The notes under the pieces are model-generated. The model saw only the letters and a list, made by a program, of their open reading frames with translations, ran no database searches and was not told the origin of the DNA. A stretch of 64,000 nucleotides of DNA from Hormiphora californensis (Eukaryota > Animalia > Ctenophora). The position numbers and the translations under genes were made by a program. This document shows positions 62,601-64,000 of this stretch, one piece after another. Within the stretch, counting starts at the first letter, position 1; each line of letters starts with the position of its first letter. The stretch is taken from positions 9,914,896-9,978,895 of the forward strand of contig CM035351.1 of NCBI GenBank assembly GCA_020137815.1, written 5' to 3'.

Positions 62601-62980
62601 ATTGGCTCAGGTTAGGATCAGTCTCTCGGAACACCCCGATTTATCAATCAAGTATCAATAAACATGTACTTCTCCGAGTTGACTGTGTTAAATACCAATT
62701 ATAATGGGGCCTACTGATGTCCGATACACAACCTAGAGAAAAATGTTATTCTATCCAGAACACAAGGATTGTTTCTACCCTGTGTGCTTGGTATAAGTGT
62801 TGATCTCTCCTGCTACTATCGTGTTGGAATATGTGCCTAGTCTGAGACGAATCCAGCCGAGATCCTTGCTGTACGGCTAGTAAACAAGGAATCGGAGTTG
62901 GAGGGTTCCGTGCAGTGCAACACCATGCATGTTGGCAGAGGCTAGATGCGTTGAGAGTTATAGTCAACCCCCATCGACTG
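56645..62980. mobile_element. TSD-flanked multimeric insertion of a ~444-nt structured non-coding unit (~6 copies, inversion at ~59320, ~8.3 copies)
   Basis: AATCACCGTTGTC at 56632-56644 and 62981-62993; period ~440-444; copies differ mostly by single-base indels. Confidence 0.9.
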
Positions 62981-63090
62981 AATCACCGTTGTCCATTTTT
63001 CTTTAATCTCATCAATTCTATCCTTCCTTTCATTTAAAAAATCACCCATTCACCCATTCAAGAGCCTGTTATTTACCTACCTCACTTCAG

Positions 63091-63504
63091 AGCCACCTGT
63101 CCCTGTGGAGACTCCATCTACAGGAGAGGATGCTGAGGAGGTCCTCTCTACACCTGCCATGAGATCACCACGGACCCAATGGGCGAGGAGAGTAAGTAAT
63201 TAATTAGTAATTTCAGTTTAATTAATAAAACAGAAACATACTATACTTATTGTACATTTGGTACATCATATTTTGAGTTTATCATTATTACATTGTTGTT
63301 ATTATAATGTTTCTTAGGACGGAGCAAGTCAGCGTGGAACTGACGGCAGTACCGGTTATCTTTGGAGTCATCAAAAAGGGCCCTTACATTGTGCCCCAAT
63401 GCGCACCCAAGTGGCTAAAAACACTGAAAAAGCAGAAGTGGGCCAGCCAGTTTGCAGAGTGGACCCCGATCTTTTCCAAATTTTCTGCTGCGATCAGGCT
63501 AAAG
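63091..63504 (+). CDS. Downstream exons (63091-63191, ~63319-63504) of the Glu/Pro-rich gene
   Basis: cttcAG|(E)PPVPVETPSTGEDAEEVLSTPA..|GTAAGT, phase-compatible with the donor at 56551; frame of the next exon uncertain. Confidence 0.55.
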
Positions 63505-64000
63505 GTACTGTGGGAAATTTTTATCTTTTGATTTGTTAAAATCTTCTTCATTTGACACTTAATTAACAAATTAACTCATTAGATAATCGATTAGTTTGTA
63601 ATCTAATTGATAATTTCCAGGGAAGCTGTATGAAGAGCATACCCCCGTTGAGACTGACGGAAAATGTATGTTTTTCCATCTCAATCACTACACGTCTGTT
63701 AGTGTGGGGGATGAGGATCCAAAGGCAAAGGAATTTACCTTCAAGGTATATGTTCACGATTACATTACCCCTAGATATTGTCTGGTTGAGGAGGGGGGGG
63801 GGACAGTTTCTCTAAAATAAACAGTCGTAACTGAAACTCAGTTTTCAGTATTGACCCTCCGTATTTAAACACTATAAACTTCCCTCCACCGAGGGACGGG
63901 TGTCTGAATGGGTGCGAGGAAAAAACACAGTTACGTCTCTACCCTACCAATGAGGAGGGGAAAAGTGGTGTTAAAACAATCAAAACGGGACCCATTAACA

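Noticed and set aside
56657-62967. Many 60-113 aa ORFs in the tandem array
   Set aside because: Short, variable between copies through indels, no recognisable domain; no ORF in the track spans a full unit.
59321-62980. CTGATGTCCGATAC and CTGAGACGAA as hammerhead cores
   Set aside because: They lack the CUGANGA / helix II / GAAA arrangement.
56645-62980. Array as a read-foldback artefact, ordinary satellite, or 5S/snRNA/spliced-leader gene array
   Set aside because: Unique flanks share a 13-bp TSD, the inversion is asymmetric, and no known RNA gene motif was recognised. Copy number could still be mis-assembled.

Overview
Eukaryotic, repeat-dominated animal DNA, most likely a cydippid ctenophore (Pleurobrachia/Hormiphora-like). 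This is inferred from the abundant 'CAGTCGGACCCCGATT' MITEs, the small 'KQPIRTRYLGH'-reading MITE, an intronless rhodopsin-type GPCR with SIYR in place of DRY, and Sushi exons next to a ctenophore-type beta-rich domain. The first ~31 kb is mostly nested transposons: TA-, TAA- and TTAA-target MITEs and foldbacks, Helitron/Helentron derivatives, RTE and Penelope fragments, and a rearranged three-LTR Gypsy derivative. Host exons include a minus-strand coiled-coil gene, plus-strand Sushi exons, the GPCR, a secreted Cys-rich protein and a Glu/Pro-rich protein. About 35.7-45.0 kb looks like unpolished, homopolymer-inflated sequence, and much of 51-63 kb carries indel errors. The best candidate for a new system is at 56.6-63.0 kb: about 14 near-identical copies of a ~444-nt non-coding, highly self-complementary unit, with one internal inversion, inserted into a ~190-bp intron between a perfect 13-bp target-site duplication. 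This is the footprint expected from rolling-circle reverse transcription and TPRT of a viroid/retrozyme-like circular RNA, although no canonical hammerhead core is visible. The second candidate is the LTR(+)/LTR(-)/LTR(+) element, whose middle LTR carries both a PPT and a 17-nt tRNA-shaped PBS.
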